From positions 1,831,697 through 1,895,696 of the forward strand of contig CP070630.1 of assembly GCA_020356025.1 (NCBI GenBank): a stretch of 64,000 bases of DNA, in the 5' to 3' direction. Each line of letters begins with the position of its first letter. The stretch's first letter is position 1. Positions 48,359 through 56,860 of the stretch are shown in pieces. Source of the stretch: Dehalococcoidia bacterium (lineage in GTDB: Bacteria; Chloroflexota; Dehalococcoidia; SM23-28-2). The position numbers and the translations under genes are program-made. The notes under the pieces are model-generated. The model did no database searches. It had not been told where the DNA came from and was given only the letters and a program-made list of their open reading frames with translations.

Positions 48359-48737
48359 CGGCCTTGACCTCCCTGATTGTGGTAACTACAGCATCATAGC
48401 ATCATCGAAAGCCCTCCGCCTGTCAAGCAAAACCGTAATGAACTCCATCGGATTGGTTACAGCCTCTGCCCTTGCCAAGCCTCCCGCCTCGGAGTAGCAT
48501 GGGCCTGCTCCAATTGGCCACCGTGCTCACAACAAGGGGCCGAGGATCGTGCATGGGATGGATCGACTTCGTCCTCGACCGAGGCGAATGCCTCGCCGTC
48601 CAAACGCTCCCGCTGAATCGGGCCACCAACGGCCACCAGCAGCCCCTAGCGCAAAGCTATTCTGGTAGGCTAAGATAGCATCCCTCGCTGAAAGGGAGGG
48701 TAAGCGTGGCAATCGAAGAAAGGAGGCCAAGGAGCCC

Positions 48738-50030
48738 ATGCGGAAGCTAGCCAAATTCTCGCTGATTTTCCTATCCCTGGCAGCGCTGTTGCTGGTGCTG
48801 GCAGTGGCCTGCGAGGATGAGGAAGAAGAGGAGGTAACCCCCACCGGCTCACCTGCCGCTACCGTGACCGAATCTCCTACCCCCACGGGCGTGAGCACCG
48901 GCATCACCGACGAGAAGATAATCCTGGGCAGCCACTTCGCCCAGAGCGGCACCTACGGAGCAGCGTTCGCTCCCGTCCTCGCCGGCCTCGAGGCCTACTT
49001 CAGGTACGTCAACGCCGAGGAAGGTGGCGTCTGCGGCCGCGAGATCGATTTCAGGGCGGAGGATGATCAGTACGACCCGGCCAGAGCCGTTGAGGCCGTC
49101 CGCAAGCTGGTGGAGGAGGACGAGGTGTTCGCCATCGTTGCCGGCCTGGGGACGGCCGCCCACTCAGCGGTCTGGGAGGACCTCAACGAGAAGGGGATTC
49201 CCGACCTGTGGATCATGACCGGCGCCCACAAGTGGGCTGCGGATGTCGAGGCGCACCCCTGGTCGGTTGCCATCCTGCCGGACTACTTCGTGGCGGGCAG
49301 CATCACCGGCAAGTACATCTCGGAGAACCTGCCCGGAAAGAACGTGGGCGTCCTCTACCAGAACGATGACTTCGGCCAGGACCACGTGGACGGCCTGAAG
49401 CACGGCCTCGACCCCACCAAGAACGAGGTGGTGTCTGAGCAGAGCTATGAATCCACCGCCGTCGACATCCGCTCTCAGGTCAATAACCTCAAGAATGCTG
49501 GGGCAGAGGTTGTGTTAGGCGCCTGCATCCCAGGCCACTGTGCTCAGCTCGTCAAGACGAAACAGCAGCTGGACTGGGATGTCCAAGTCTTCATGAGCTA
49601 CGTCAATTCTGACGCTGCCATGTTCGCGTATGCTCCCCCGACCGCCATGGAAGGAGTCATCACCCTCCAGGCCAACAAGATGTACGACTGGACTGATGAC
49701 CCAGCGGTAGCGGAGCACCACCGGATCATGAGCGAGTACGGTGACTTGCCCCCTGGCAACTACACCATCGTCGGCCAAGTCGCGGGCGAACTGACGATCG
49801 ACGCCCTGAGCAGGACCTGCGACAACCTAACGCGACAGGGCCTGTTGGACGCCGTCCACGACTTTGAGAACTACCAGAGCGAGCTCAGCCTGCCGGGCGT
49901 TACCCTCGATCTTAGCCCGACAGACCACTTGGGCTTCGAAGCCATGAGGATGCTGCAGGCCACGCTGGTGGACGGCAAGGGCAAGTGGGAGTACTTCGGC
50001 GACGTAATCTCGTTCGAGCAGGAGGAGTAA
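48738..50030 (+). CDS. ABC-transporter substrate-binding lipoprotein, paralog of 33763..35079
   Basis: Lipobox LAVAC, acidic/Thr-Pro linker, GITDEKIILGSH...GGVCGREI; collinear with the first SBP to the C-terminus (GKGKWEYFG). Confidence 0.82.
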   Translation: MRKLAKFSLIFLSLAALLLVLAVACEDEEEEEVTPTGSPAATVTESPTPTGVSTGITDEKIILGSHFAQSGTYGAAFAPVLAGLEAYFRYVNAEEGGVCGREIDFRAEDDQYDPARAVEAVRKLVEEDEVFAIVAGLGTAAHSAVWEDLNEKGIPDLWIMTGAHKWAADVEAHPWSVAILPDYFVAGSITGKYISENLPGKNVGVLYQNDDFGQDHVDGLKHGLDPTKNEVVSEQSYESTAVDIRSQVNNLKNAGAEVVLGACIPGHCAQLVKTKQQLDWDVQVFMSYVNSDAAMFAYAPPTAMEGVITLQANKMYDWTDDPAVAEHHRIMSEYGDLPPGNYTIVGQVAGELTIDALSRTCDNLTRQGLLDAVHDFENYQSELSLPGVTLDLSPTDHLGFEAMRMLQATLVDGKGKWEYFGDVISFEQEE

Positions 50031-50092
50031 AGGACAACCCTCGGACGCCTAGGGACGCCGCAGCCGCCAACCGTGGGAGGAATAGACACGTA

Positions 50093-50533
50093 TTGACCAA
50101 AGCCAAAGAGGAGCACTACCGAAAGCTAGAGCGAATGTACGCTTCCGCACCGGTGAACAAGTACTACGCTCCGACGATGCGAGTGAGCGAGGGGCGTGCA
50201 GAGGTGACTATCCCGATACGTCCGGACTTCTTTCACGCAGGTGGTGCCGTCCATGGCTTGGTGTATTTTAAGGCGCTCGATGATGCCGCCTTTTTCGCGG
50301 CCAGCTCACTGGTTGACCACGCTTTTGTGCTAACCGTCTCGTTTAACCTATACATGACTCGCCCCATCTCGGAAGGCGAAATGAAAGCGACTGGCCGAGT
50401 GACCCACCGTTCCCGACGTTTGTTCATAGCGGAGTCTGTGCTGGTTGACTCGGATGGTCGGGAAATCGCCAGAGGAAGCGGCACCTTTATGCCAAGCAAC
50501 ATCCCGCTTTCGCCCGAGGTTGGCTATCAGTAG
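50093..50533 (+). CDS. PaaI-family hot-dog thioesterase
   Basis: ORF 49985..50533 overlaps the SBP gene. In-frame TTG 50093 lies 12 nt after gggagg. Core GGAVHGLVYFKALDDAAFFAA is typical of PaaI-type proteins. Confidence 0.7.
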   Translation: MTKAKEEHYRKLERMYASAPVNKYYAPTMRVSEGRAEVTIPIRPDFFHAGGAVHGLVYFKALDDAAFFAASSLVDHAFVLTVSFNLYMTRPISEGEMKATGRVTHRSRRLFIAESVLVDSDGREIARGSGTFMPSNIPLSPEVGYQ

Positions 50534-50575
50534 CCCTAGCGCGGCCTAGTCGCCGTCTGACAACGCCCTACAGCC

Positions 50576-50610
50576 GACCGCGCCGAGCTTAGCTCGGCGC
50601 GGTCATTGTT
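50576..50610. terminator. strong GC hairpin between convergent genes
   Basis: gaccgcgccgagc-tta-gctcggcgcggtc (13-bp stem) followed by attgttat. Confidence 0.5.
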
Positions 50611-50650
50611 ATCAGTGCATCCGCGTCGTTGCGCGGAAGCGCGCGCTCAG

Positions 50651-52204
50651 TCAGCCCTTTCTGCTGCGCTCTCGCTCGATGAGCTCGCGCCGTAGGATCT
50701 TGCCGGCGGCCGACTTGGGGATCTCCGACAGGTACTCCACCTCGCGAATCTTCTTGTAGGGCGCCACCTTCTCCGCCACGAAGGCCATCAGCTCTTCGGG
50801 GCTGGCCTCGGACCCCTCCTTCAGCACCACCAGCGCCTTGGGGATCTCGCCGCCCTCCAGCTGGCGCTTAGGGATGACGGCGGCGTCCAGGACGGCCGGG
50901 TGTTCGTACAGCAGGGCCTCCAGCTCCGCCGGCGCCACCTGGTAGCCCTTGTACTTGATCATCTCCTTCTTCCGGTCGAGGATGTACAGGTAGCCGTCCT
51001 CGTCCTGCCAGCCGATGTCGCCGGTGAGTAGCCAGCCGTCCTCGCTGAGGCACTCCCTGGTCTCCTCCGGACGCTTCCAGTAGCCCTTCATCACCTGCGG
51101 GCCCTTCACCGCCACCTCGCCAACCTCGCCCGCGGGCAGCTCCTCGCCGGTGTCCAGGCTCACGATCTTCTCGAAAGTGTCGGCCATCGGCAGGCCTACC
51201 GACTCCAGCTTGATCCGATCCAGGGGATGGGTGTTGGTGCTGGGGCTGGTCTCAGTCAGTCCGTAGCCCTGCAACACCAGACAGCCGTAGATCGATTTCA
51301 CCCGCTCCGCCACCTCCGGAGGCAGCGCCGCCGCTCCAGAGTGGACCAGTCGCAAGGCAGACGTGTCGAAGCGCGACGGGTTCGGCACGTTGGCCATAGC
51401 CAGCACCGCCGGCGGCGCCAGATAGAGGTTCGTCATACCGTACTTGCCCACCAGCTCCAGCATCTGCTCCACATCGAACCGCATCATGACCACGCCGGTG
51501 ATGCCCAGGGCAACCCCTATGCTCAAGAGCACAGTCATCCCGTAGATGTGGAAAAACGGCAGCACGCACAGGCTCACGGCATCCGATGTTAGCTGCCCCG
51601 TCGCCAGCCCCTGCTTGACGTTGGAGGTGATATTGTGGTGGGTCAGCATCACGCCCTTGGGAAGGCCCGTCGTGCCGCTGGAGTAGGGCAATACAGCGAT
51701 GTCCTCGCGAGCGTTGATGTCCACCGCACGGTACTCTTCCGAGACATCCCCCAGCAGGTTCGGCAGCCCCTCGATGGGCCAGACGTGGCGCAATCGGGGG
51801 AGATTCTTGCGGGCCACCTCCACCGGGGCAGCCATCGGGCCGAAGGCGAACAGCGCGACGGCCTCGGCGTCGTCCAGTTGGTGCTCGATCTCCCGCTCCC
51901 GGTAGAGCGGGTTGAGCGTCGTGACCGTGGCGCCAGCCAGGAGGATACCGTAGAACACCGATGCGTAGTCTACGTAGTTGGGCGAGAAGATGCCCACCTT
52001 GTCGCCCTTCTCGATGCCGTGGTCCTGCAGCAAGCGCGACACCTTGCAGGCGTGGCTCCACAGCTCGCGGTAGGTGCGCGTCGTCCCGTCTGCGCCGATC
52101 AGGGCCGGCTTGTCGCCAAAGGCCTCCGCCGACCGATGCAGCAGCTCCGGCAGGGCAAACTCCTCGTAGGGGGCCTGACTGGGCCAGTGTCCCGAGACAA
52201 CCAT
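50651..52204 (-). CDS. AMP-dependent acyl-CoA ligase (long-chain/4-coumarate-type)
   Basis: 517 aa; YSSGTTGLPKGV, GYGLTE, TGDIGWQDEDGYLYILDRKKEMIKYKG motifs. Confidence 0.88.
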   Translation of the reverse strand: MVVSGHWPSQAPYEEFALPELLHRSAEAFGDKPALIGADGTTRTYRELWSHACKVSRLLQDHGIEKGDKVGIFSPNYVDYASVFYGILLAGATVTTLNPLYREREIEHQLDDAEAVALFAFGPMAAPVEVARKNLPRLRHVWPIEGLPNLLGDVSEEYRAVDINAREDIAVLPYSSGTTGLPKGVMLTHHNITSNVKQGLATGQLTSDAVSLCVLPFFHIYGMTVLLSIGVALGITGVVMMRFDVEQMLELVGKYGMTNLYLAPPAVLAMANVPNPSRFDTSALRLVHSGAAALPPEVAERVKSIYGCLVLQGYGLTETSPSTNTHPLDRIKLESVGLPMADTFEKIVSLDTGEELPAGEVGEVAVKGPQVMKGYWKRPEETRECLSEDGWLLTGDIGWQDEDGYLYILDRKKEMIKYKGYQVAPAELEALLYEHPAVLDAAVIPKRQLEGGEIPKALVVLKEGSEASPEELMAFVAEKVAPYKKIREVEYLSEIPKSAAGKILRRELIERERSRKG

Positions 52205-52481
52205 AGCGCGCCCTCCTCTAGACTCGCTTAAGCAGACGTTGGCGACCCTGCAGGGTCAGACCCTCCGCCTTTATGTCCACAGTCCGATGACCATCGCGCC
52301 CTATTCTACCCGCACGAGCCAACGCCTGACAAGATGGCCCGGCTGGCCCGCTGTTGGCCGCGCAGCGTATGGTTCGTCGCTTACAGGGCGACCTGGATGT
52401 CCTCCGCCCGGGTCGTCCACCTCCTTGCTGGCCCTCTAGCACCTTGACGCCTCCGCGACTTTCTGGGAGATTATTTGGGAT

Positions 52482-53138
52482 ATGGCCCTTGCTGACGAGT
52501 TCACCCGAGAGCGGCCCATGCTGCGGGGCGTGTCCCATGTTGGCGCAACCATTGCCGCGATGCTTGGGGCACCCTTGCTTTTGTTGGTTGCGGACTCGCC
52601 ACGGGCGTACGTCGGTGGGGCGATCTTCGCGACGAGCCTGATTCTTCTATACGGCACCAGTGCGGCCTATCACCACATTGCCTGGACGCCTCTCTTCCGA
52701 GCGATCATCAGCCGGCTGGACCATTCGATGGTTCTGGTGCTGATCGCCGGCACCTACACGCCGCTTTGCCTCGTTGTGCTGAGCAACGCGTGGGGGATCA
52801 CCATGCTGTCCGTGGTTTGGGGAGTGGCAGGCGCCGGCATCATCACGAACCTGGCCCGGCCGGCGACACCGAGATGGCTCCGGGTGACCTTCTACGTCAT
52901 CCTCGGCTGGCTCGCCCTGGCGTCGGCGGGGGAACTGGCTGCGCGGCTTTCGGCCAGCCCGTTAGCGCTTCTCGTGCTGGGCGGGGTACTGTACACCGTG
53001 AGTGGAATCGTCTACGCGGTTAGGAAGCCGGACCCGTGGCCGCGAGTGTTCGGACACCTTGAGGTCTTCCATCTGCTGGTTATCGCTGGAAGCGCCCTGC
53101 ACTACTCATTGGTCGCGATCTACGTGCTGCCGAGCTAG
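52482..53138 (+). CDS. hemolysin III / PAQR-family membrane protein
   Basis: 218 aa, seven hydrophobic segments, SAAYH, LDHSMV and HYS motifs. Confidence 0.82.
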   Translation: MALADEFTRERPMLRGVSHVGATIAAMLGAPLLLLVADSPRAYVGGAIFATSLILLYGTSAAYHHIAWTPLFRAIISRLDHSMVLVLIAGTYTPLCLVVLSNAWGITMLSVVWGVAGAGIITNLARPATPRWLRVTFYVILGWLALASAGELAARLSASPLALLVLGGVLYTVSGIVYAVRKPDPWPRVFGHLEVFHLLVIAGSALHYSLVAIYVLPS

Positions 53139-53171
53139 AGGCTCCTACCGCTCCTCCCAATATCTCCTCCT

Positions 53172-53237
53172 ATGACGGCAGCAGCCCTCGCCCTCACCGC
53201 TGGCGCCTGGTACGCAAGGAGCCGTTGGCTGATCTAG
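53172..53237 (+). repeat. orphan copy of an Ala-rich hydrophobic-tail-coding repeat (MTAAALALTAGAWYARSRWLI*)
   Basis: About 60 nt similar to 55185-55247 (shared gccctcaccgc...gcctggtacgcaag); lies in frame after the TAG stop of the hemolysin III gene. Confidence 0.6.
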
Positions 53238-53294
53238 CCCGCCACACGTAGCACCCCTCCCCACCCTAGCCAGCGCCTGACCACCACCCTGCCC

Positions 53295-53323
53295 TTGACA
53301 TATAAGCCACCCCCAGATATGAT
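53295..53323 (+). promoter_or_regulatory. near-consensus promoter TTGACA-17-TATGAT
   Basis: ttgaca 53295-53300, 17-nt spacer, tatgat 53318-53323; about 68 nt upstream of ATG 53391. Confidence 0.55.
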
Positions 53324-53390
53324 GATGGCGTCCTACACGCGTTCGTAGCGTACCCTCGCGATGCGTCGGCCTGGGAAACGGTGGTAAGGC

Positions 53391-55184
53391 ATGAGAAAGC
53401 TGCCGCTTGGCTTGCTTGTCCTGGCCATCCTTGCCGTCGCCTCGCTCGCGAGACCAGCCGCAGAAGCCACCCCTGGCGCTACCATCATCGTAGACACCAC
53501 CGACGACGAACTCAACGCCGATGGCGATTGCTCTCTGCGGGAAGCGATCCAGGCAGCCAACGCTGATGCCGCCGTTGACGCCTGCACCGCTGGCAGCGGC
53601 GCCGACACGATAGTCCTGCCGGCCGGCACCTACACACTGACCATTGATGGAAGGGAAGAGGATGCCGCTGCTACGGGCGACCTAGACATCAGCGATGACC
53701 TGACCCTCACCGGCGCTGGCCAGGCAATCACCGTTATTGACGGCGGCGCCCTCGACCGGATCTTTCACCTGATCGGCTCCGTCACCGTAGAGATCGCCGA
53801 CGTGACGATCCAGAACGGAATTGCTTCAGGTGCCCCCGGCGGTGCTATCCGCAACAGCGCCACGCTCACCCTCATCAACGTTACCGTAAGCGGCAACACG
53901 GCTCCCGCGTCTCCTGGCGGTGACGGCGGCGGCATCGCCAACACCGGCACGCTGACGCTCAACAGCACCACTGTCAGCGACAACACGGCGCGCTTTGACG
54001 GCGGTGGCATCCTAAATGATGGCGGCACGCTGACGATCAACAGCAGCACTGTTAGCGACAACACAGCAGGGATGTTCGGCGGCGGCATCGATAACTACGT
54101 GGCTGACCTGCAGATGAGTAACAGCACCGTCAGCGGAAATGCGGCCACCGGCGACATCACGTGGGGTGGAGGCATCTGCAACATCGGTGGCAACGCCACG
54201 CTCACCAACGTCACCATCAGCGGCAATTCAGCCACTAGCCCGTACGACGACTACAGCGACGGTGGCGGCATTTTCAGTATGCCCGAAATAATCATCTTCA
54301 TCGACCCACCCGGCAGTCAGATCATCCCTGCCACGCTGACGCTCACCAATGGCACCCTGCGAGACAACTCAGCCAGCGAAAGCGGGGACAGTATAGCCAA
54401 CGACTCCTACAGCACCGTGAGGCTCAAGAACACCATCGTCGAAGGCGGCGCCACTAGCGTAAACTGCACCGGCAACATTTACTCCGACGGCCACAACCTA
54501 GACAGCGGCAACACCTGCGGGTTCCATCGTTCCAGCGACCTCAACGACACCGACCCCATCCTCGGCCCGCTACAGGACAACGGCGGTCCTACTCAGACCC
54601 ACGCCCTGCTTGCCGACAGCCCCGCCATCGACGCTGGCGATAACACTGACTGCCCTACCACCGATCAGCGTGGTATTCCCCGACCGGTAGATGGGGACGA
54701 CGATGGCAGTGCTACCTGCGATATCGGAGCGTTCGAGTATTGCGGGGATACCGACACGGACGGTGATGGCATCGGCGACATCTGCGACCCCGACGACGAC
54801 AACGACACCATCCTCGACGCCAACGACAACTGCCCGACGGTGCCCAACCTCGGCCAGGAGGACTTCGAGCCGGACGGCATCGGCGACGCCTGTGACCACA
54901 GCGACGGAGACGACTTCGTCGATGCGGTCGAGTTGTACCTGGGTACCGACCCCCAGGACGACTGCACCGACGAAATAGGCGTGCATGACGCCTGGCCCCT
55001 GGACATCAGCATAGACATGTCTGTCACCGTGGTGGGGGACGTTCTCGCCTATGCGGGCAACATCGGATTGCCGGTGGGCGGCGACCCGATCCTCCAGCGG
55101 CTGAACATCAACGTCGACAGCAACATCACCGTGGTGGGCGATGTCCTCCCGTTTAGCGGGAACGTAGGAGCGACCTGCACGTAG
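53391..55184 (+). CDS. secreted parallel beta-helix protein (choice-of-anchor-Q-like) with thrombospondin type-3 Ca-binding repeats and two dockerin-like repeats
   Basis: Signal peptide [26 protein letters not shown]; [25 protein letters not shown]; repeated GGGI.N.G.LT..ST.S.N units; [37 protein letters not shown]; [18 protein letters not shown] / [18 protein letters not shown]. Confidence 0.8.
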   Translation: MRKLPLGLLVLAILAVASLARPAAEATPGATIIVDTTDDELNADGDCSLREAIQAANADAAVDACTAGSGADTIVLPAGTYTLTIDGREEDAAATGDLDISDDLTLTGAGQAITVIDGGALDRIFHLIGSVTVEIADVTIQNGIASGAPGGAIRNSATLTLINVTVSGNTAPASPGGDGGGIANTGTLTLNSTTVSDNTARFDGGGILNDGGTLTINSSTVSDNTAGMFGGGIDNYVADLQMSNSTVSGNAATGDITWGGGICNIGGNATLTNVTISGNSATSPYDDYSDGGGIFSMPEIIIFIDPPGSQIIPATLTLTNGTLRDNSASESGDSIANDSYSTVRLKNTIVEGGATSVNCTGNIYSDGHNLDSGNTCGFHRSSDLNDTDPILGPLQDNGGPTQTHALLADSPAIDAGDNTDCPTTDQRGIPRPVDGDDDGSATCDIGAFEYCGDTDTDGDGIGDICDPDDDNDTILDANDNCPTVPNLGQEDFEPDGIGDACDHSDGDDFVDAVELYLGTDPQDDCTDEIGVHDAWPLDISIDMSVTVVGDVLAYAGNIGLPVGGDPILQRLNINVDSNITVVGDVLPFSGNVGATCT

Positions 55185-55247
55185 GCGACAGCGGCGGTGG
55201 CCGCCCTCACCGCCGCCTGGTACGCAAGAAGGCGCTGGCCGACGTAA
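55185..55247 (+). repeat. second copy of the hydrophobic-tail repeat, in frame after the TAG of 53391..55184 (ATAAVAALTAAWYARRRWPT*)
   Basis: Manual translation of the 20 codons following TAG 55182-55184; nucleotide similarity to 53172-53237. Confidence 0.6.
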
Positions 55248-55268
55248 ACCCTCGCCCAAGCACCAGAC

Positions 55269-55297
55269 TTGACTCCTCAGATAGCGTGAGCTAGCAT
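55269..55297 (+). promoter_or_regulatory. putative promoter TTGACT-17-TAGCAT
   Basis: ttgact 55269-55274, 17-nt spacer, tagcat 55292-55297; SD gaggaggg 55322-55329 precedes GTG 55336. Confidence 0.45.
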
Positions 55298-55335
55298 ATT
55301 CGTGGCATGAGATAGGCGCTTGAGGAGGGTTCGTT

Positions 55336-55923
55336 GTGGATAGGAAGCAAGCAAAGCAGCTTCTGGCGGAGGTGCTCGGGATCATCGAGGAACTGGACAT
55401 TCCGGAGGATCTTCGGCCCACAGCGCTGCAACTCCTCTGGGCCGATCTCAGCCCAGCACGCGCTGCTGTGCCGAGCACAAGCCCAGCACCCGCTGCTCTG
55501 CCCAGCACAAGCCCAGAAGAAGCCGCGTCTTCTGACGCTCTCAAGGCCCTCGGCACGCGCCTCGGCATCAGTGACCTCGGCCGCCTGGCCGATTTGTACG
55601 CGACCACCGAGGATGGGATGTTGGAGGTCAGCGTGCCCACCACCAAGCTTCCAGCGGAGAAGGCAGCCTCAACCACACAATTGGCGCTTCTCACGTGTGC
55701 CGGCCGCCAAGCCGCTGGCGAATCCGTCACCCTGTCTGCTACCCTAAGAGCCGTCTGCGAACAGTATGGCAAGCTCAACCCCCCCAACTTCGCTAGGACC
55801 TTGAAGGACGCCGACCAGCTCTGGATCATTGGCGGCCCGCGCCTACAGAAGACCTACAAGCTCCGCAACCCGGGCTGGGAAGAGGCGAAGAAACTTGTGA
55901 AGCAGCTTGCCGACATCTCCTAG
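55336..55923 (+). CDS. hypothetical protein: helical N-terminus, Pro/Ala/Ser linker with a tandem decapeptide, C-terminal wHTH-like region
   Basis: 195 aa, good SD, translationally coupled to the next ORF. I do not recognise a family. C-terminal PPNFARTLKDADQLWIIGGPRLQKTYKLRNPGWEEAKKL resembles the wHTH of the downstream ORF. Confidence 0.55.
   Translation: MDRKQAKQLLAEVLGIIEELDIPEDLRPTALQLLWADLSPARAAVPSTSPAPAALPSTSPEEAASSDALKALGTRLGISDLGRLADLYATTEDGMLEVSVPTTKLPAEKAASTTQLALLTCAGRQAAGESVTLSATLRAVCEQYGKLNPPNFARTLKDADQLWIIGGPRLQKTYKLRNPGWEEAKKLVKQLADIS
55451..55516 (+). repeat. 30-bp tandem repeat, 2.2 copies, inside ORF 55336..55923
   Basis: gcccagcacgcgctgctgtgccgagcacaa / gcccagcacccgctgctctgcccagcacaa / gcccag; 27 of 30 identical; encodes (A)AVPSTSPAP/AALPSTSPEE. 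Confidence 0.85.
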
Positions 55924-55925
55924 CC

Positions 55926-56765
55926 GTGTCTGATGCCTTAGCGCTCCAAATCCAGCAACTGGGAACCTATGTGGACCAGACACTGGTTCTCACACACGTG
56001 GCCGAGCTACAGAGTCCAGACCGGTCAGCCCCCCCAGCTGGTATAAGGGGGATGTTCATACAGCTGCGATTACCACCCCCCTCGAACATATCCCGGAATC
56101 TGGCAATCCTCGCCGACCAAGGCTTCGTTATGCAGCCGGGACATGGCCAGTGGGCCACCACCCCAACGGGAAAGGAACGCCTCCGCATCCTCATGGCAGG
56201 CGTCGACGATGAGCAACTCCAGCGCCTCGTCGACCAGACCGAGGAGGCCGAGTTCAGCAACACCCGACACCACCTGCTTCCTCCCCAACTGGCTCCAGCA
56301 GCTTTCCAGGTCGGAATCGGGCGGTTCCTAGAGGGCCACCCGTTCGATCGGAACGTTCTGTGCATGTCGAGATTTCCGCGCACCCGGGGCGACCCCATTC
56401 ATGACGCTATCGCCGTGTCCCGCAGCACTTGCGCCGAGGCCGGGTTCGAGATGCATCTCGCCTCAGACCGCGTGGTCGAAGACTTGCTCTTTGGAAACGT
56501 CGCCGCCGCTATGTGGGCGAGCCGCTTCGGTATTGCCGTCTTCGAGGATCGAGTGGGTGAGGGGCTCAACTACAACGTGATTCTGGAAGTGGGAGCAATG
56601 CTCGCGACCGGTCGCCGTTGCCTTCTGCTCAAAGACGTAACCATCGGCACGCTTCCCACAGACCTAGTGGGACACATCTACCAATCCATTGATCTCGATG
56701 ATCCGGCAACCATAGCCACCGCCGTCGCTCGCTGGATTACGCAAGACCTCGGGCTCGGCGGCTAG
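55926..56765 (+). CDS. wHTH N-terminal domain fused to a TIR-like (COG4271 / CAP12-type) nucleotide-processing domain
   Basis: 279 aa. N-terminus SNISRNLAILADQGFVMQPGHGQWATTPTGKERL (winged helix). C-terminus VLCMSRF...FGIAVFEDRVGEGLNYNVILEVGAMLATGRRCLLLKDVTIGTLPTDLVGHIYQSIDLDD matches by eye the (R)xNVxFElG....G.....l.k.....PSDl.G..Y hallmark of TIR-like domains. Confidence 0.6.
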   Translation: MSDALALQIQQLGTYVDQTLVLTHVAELQSPDRSAPPAGIRGMFIQLRLPPPSNISRNLAILADQGFVMQPGHGQWATTPTGKERLRILMAGVDDEQLQRLVDQTEEAEFSNTRHHLLPPQLAPAAFQVGIGRFLEGHPFDRNVLCMSRFPRTRGDPIHDAIAVSRSTCAEAGFEMHLASDRVVEDLLFGNVAAAMWASRFGIAVFEDRVGEGLNYNVILEVGAMLATGRRCLLLKDVTIGTLPTDLVGHIYQSIDLDDPATIATAVARWITQDLGLGG

Positions 56766-56860
56766 CCTCGCCGCTTCTACCCAGACGTACAGCCTTACTG
56801 ACGCCGGCACCCACACCACCCGCGTGCTATACTCCCGCTGCTCCCGCCACCACCACCGCC

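Noticed and set aside
48359-48737. Riboswitch or sRNA in the 380-bp gap between the CoA-transferase A gene and the second SBP gene
   Set aside because: I saw only a small hairpin (ccctc-gctgaaag-ggagg) near the SD and a weak -10 (taagat). No motif I can recognise, and the listed 66-68-aa ORFs look like noise.
53136-55184. TAG reassigned as a sense codon (or pyrrolysine), as an explanation for the in-frame tails
   Set aside because: TAG terminates several well-conserved genes at their expected ends in this window (hisS, prmC, the GuaB3-like gene, polyprenyl synthase, der). There are no pyl genes in view, so global recoding is not supported.
53172-55247. Integron attC-like sites flanking the beta-helix gene
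   Set aside because: The two copies do not share a conserved imperfect-palindrome structure. A 9-bp stem exists only in the second copy and is explained by Ala-codon GC richness. No intI is present.
55451-55516. CRISPR array
   Set aside because: These are only 2.2 directly abutting 30-bp repeats with no spacers, in frame inside an ORF, and no cas genes are present.
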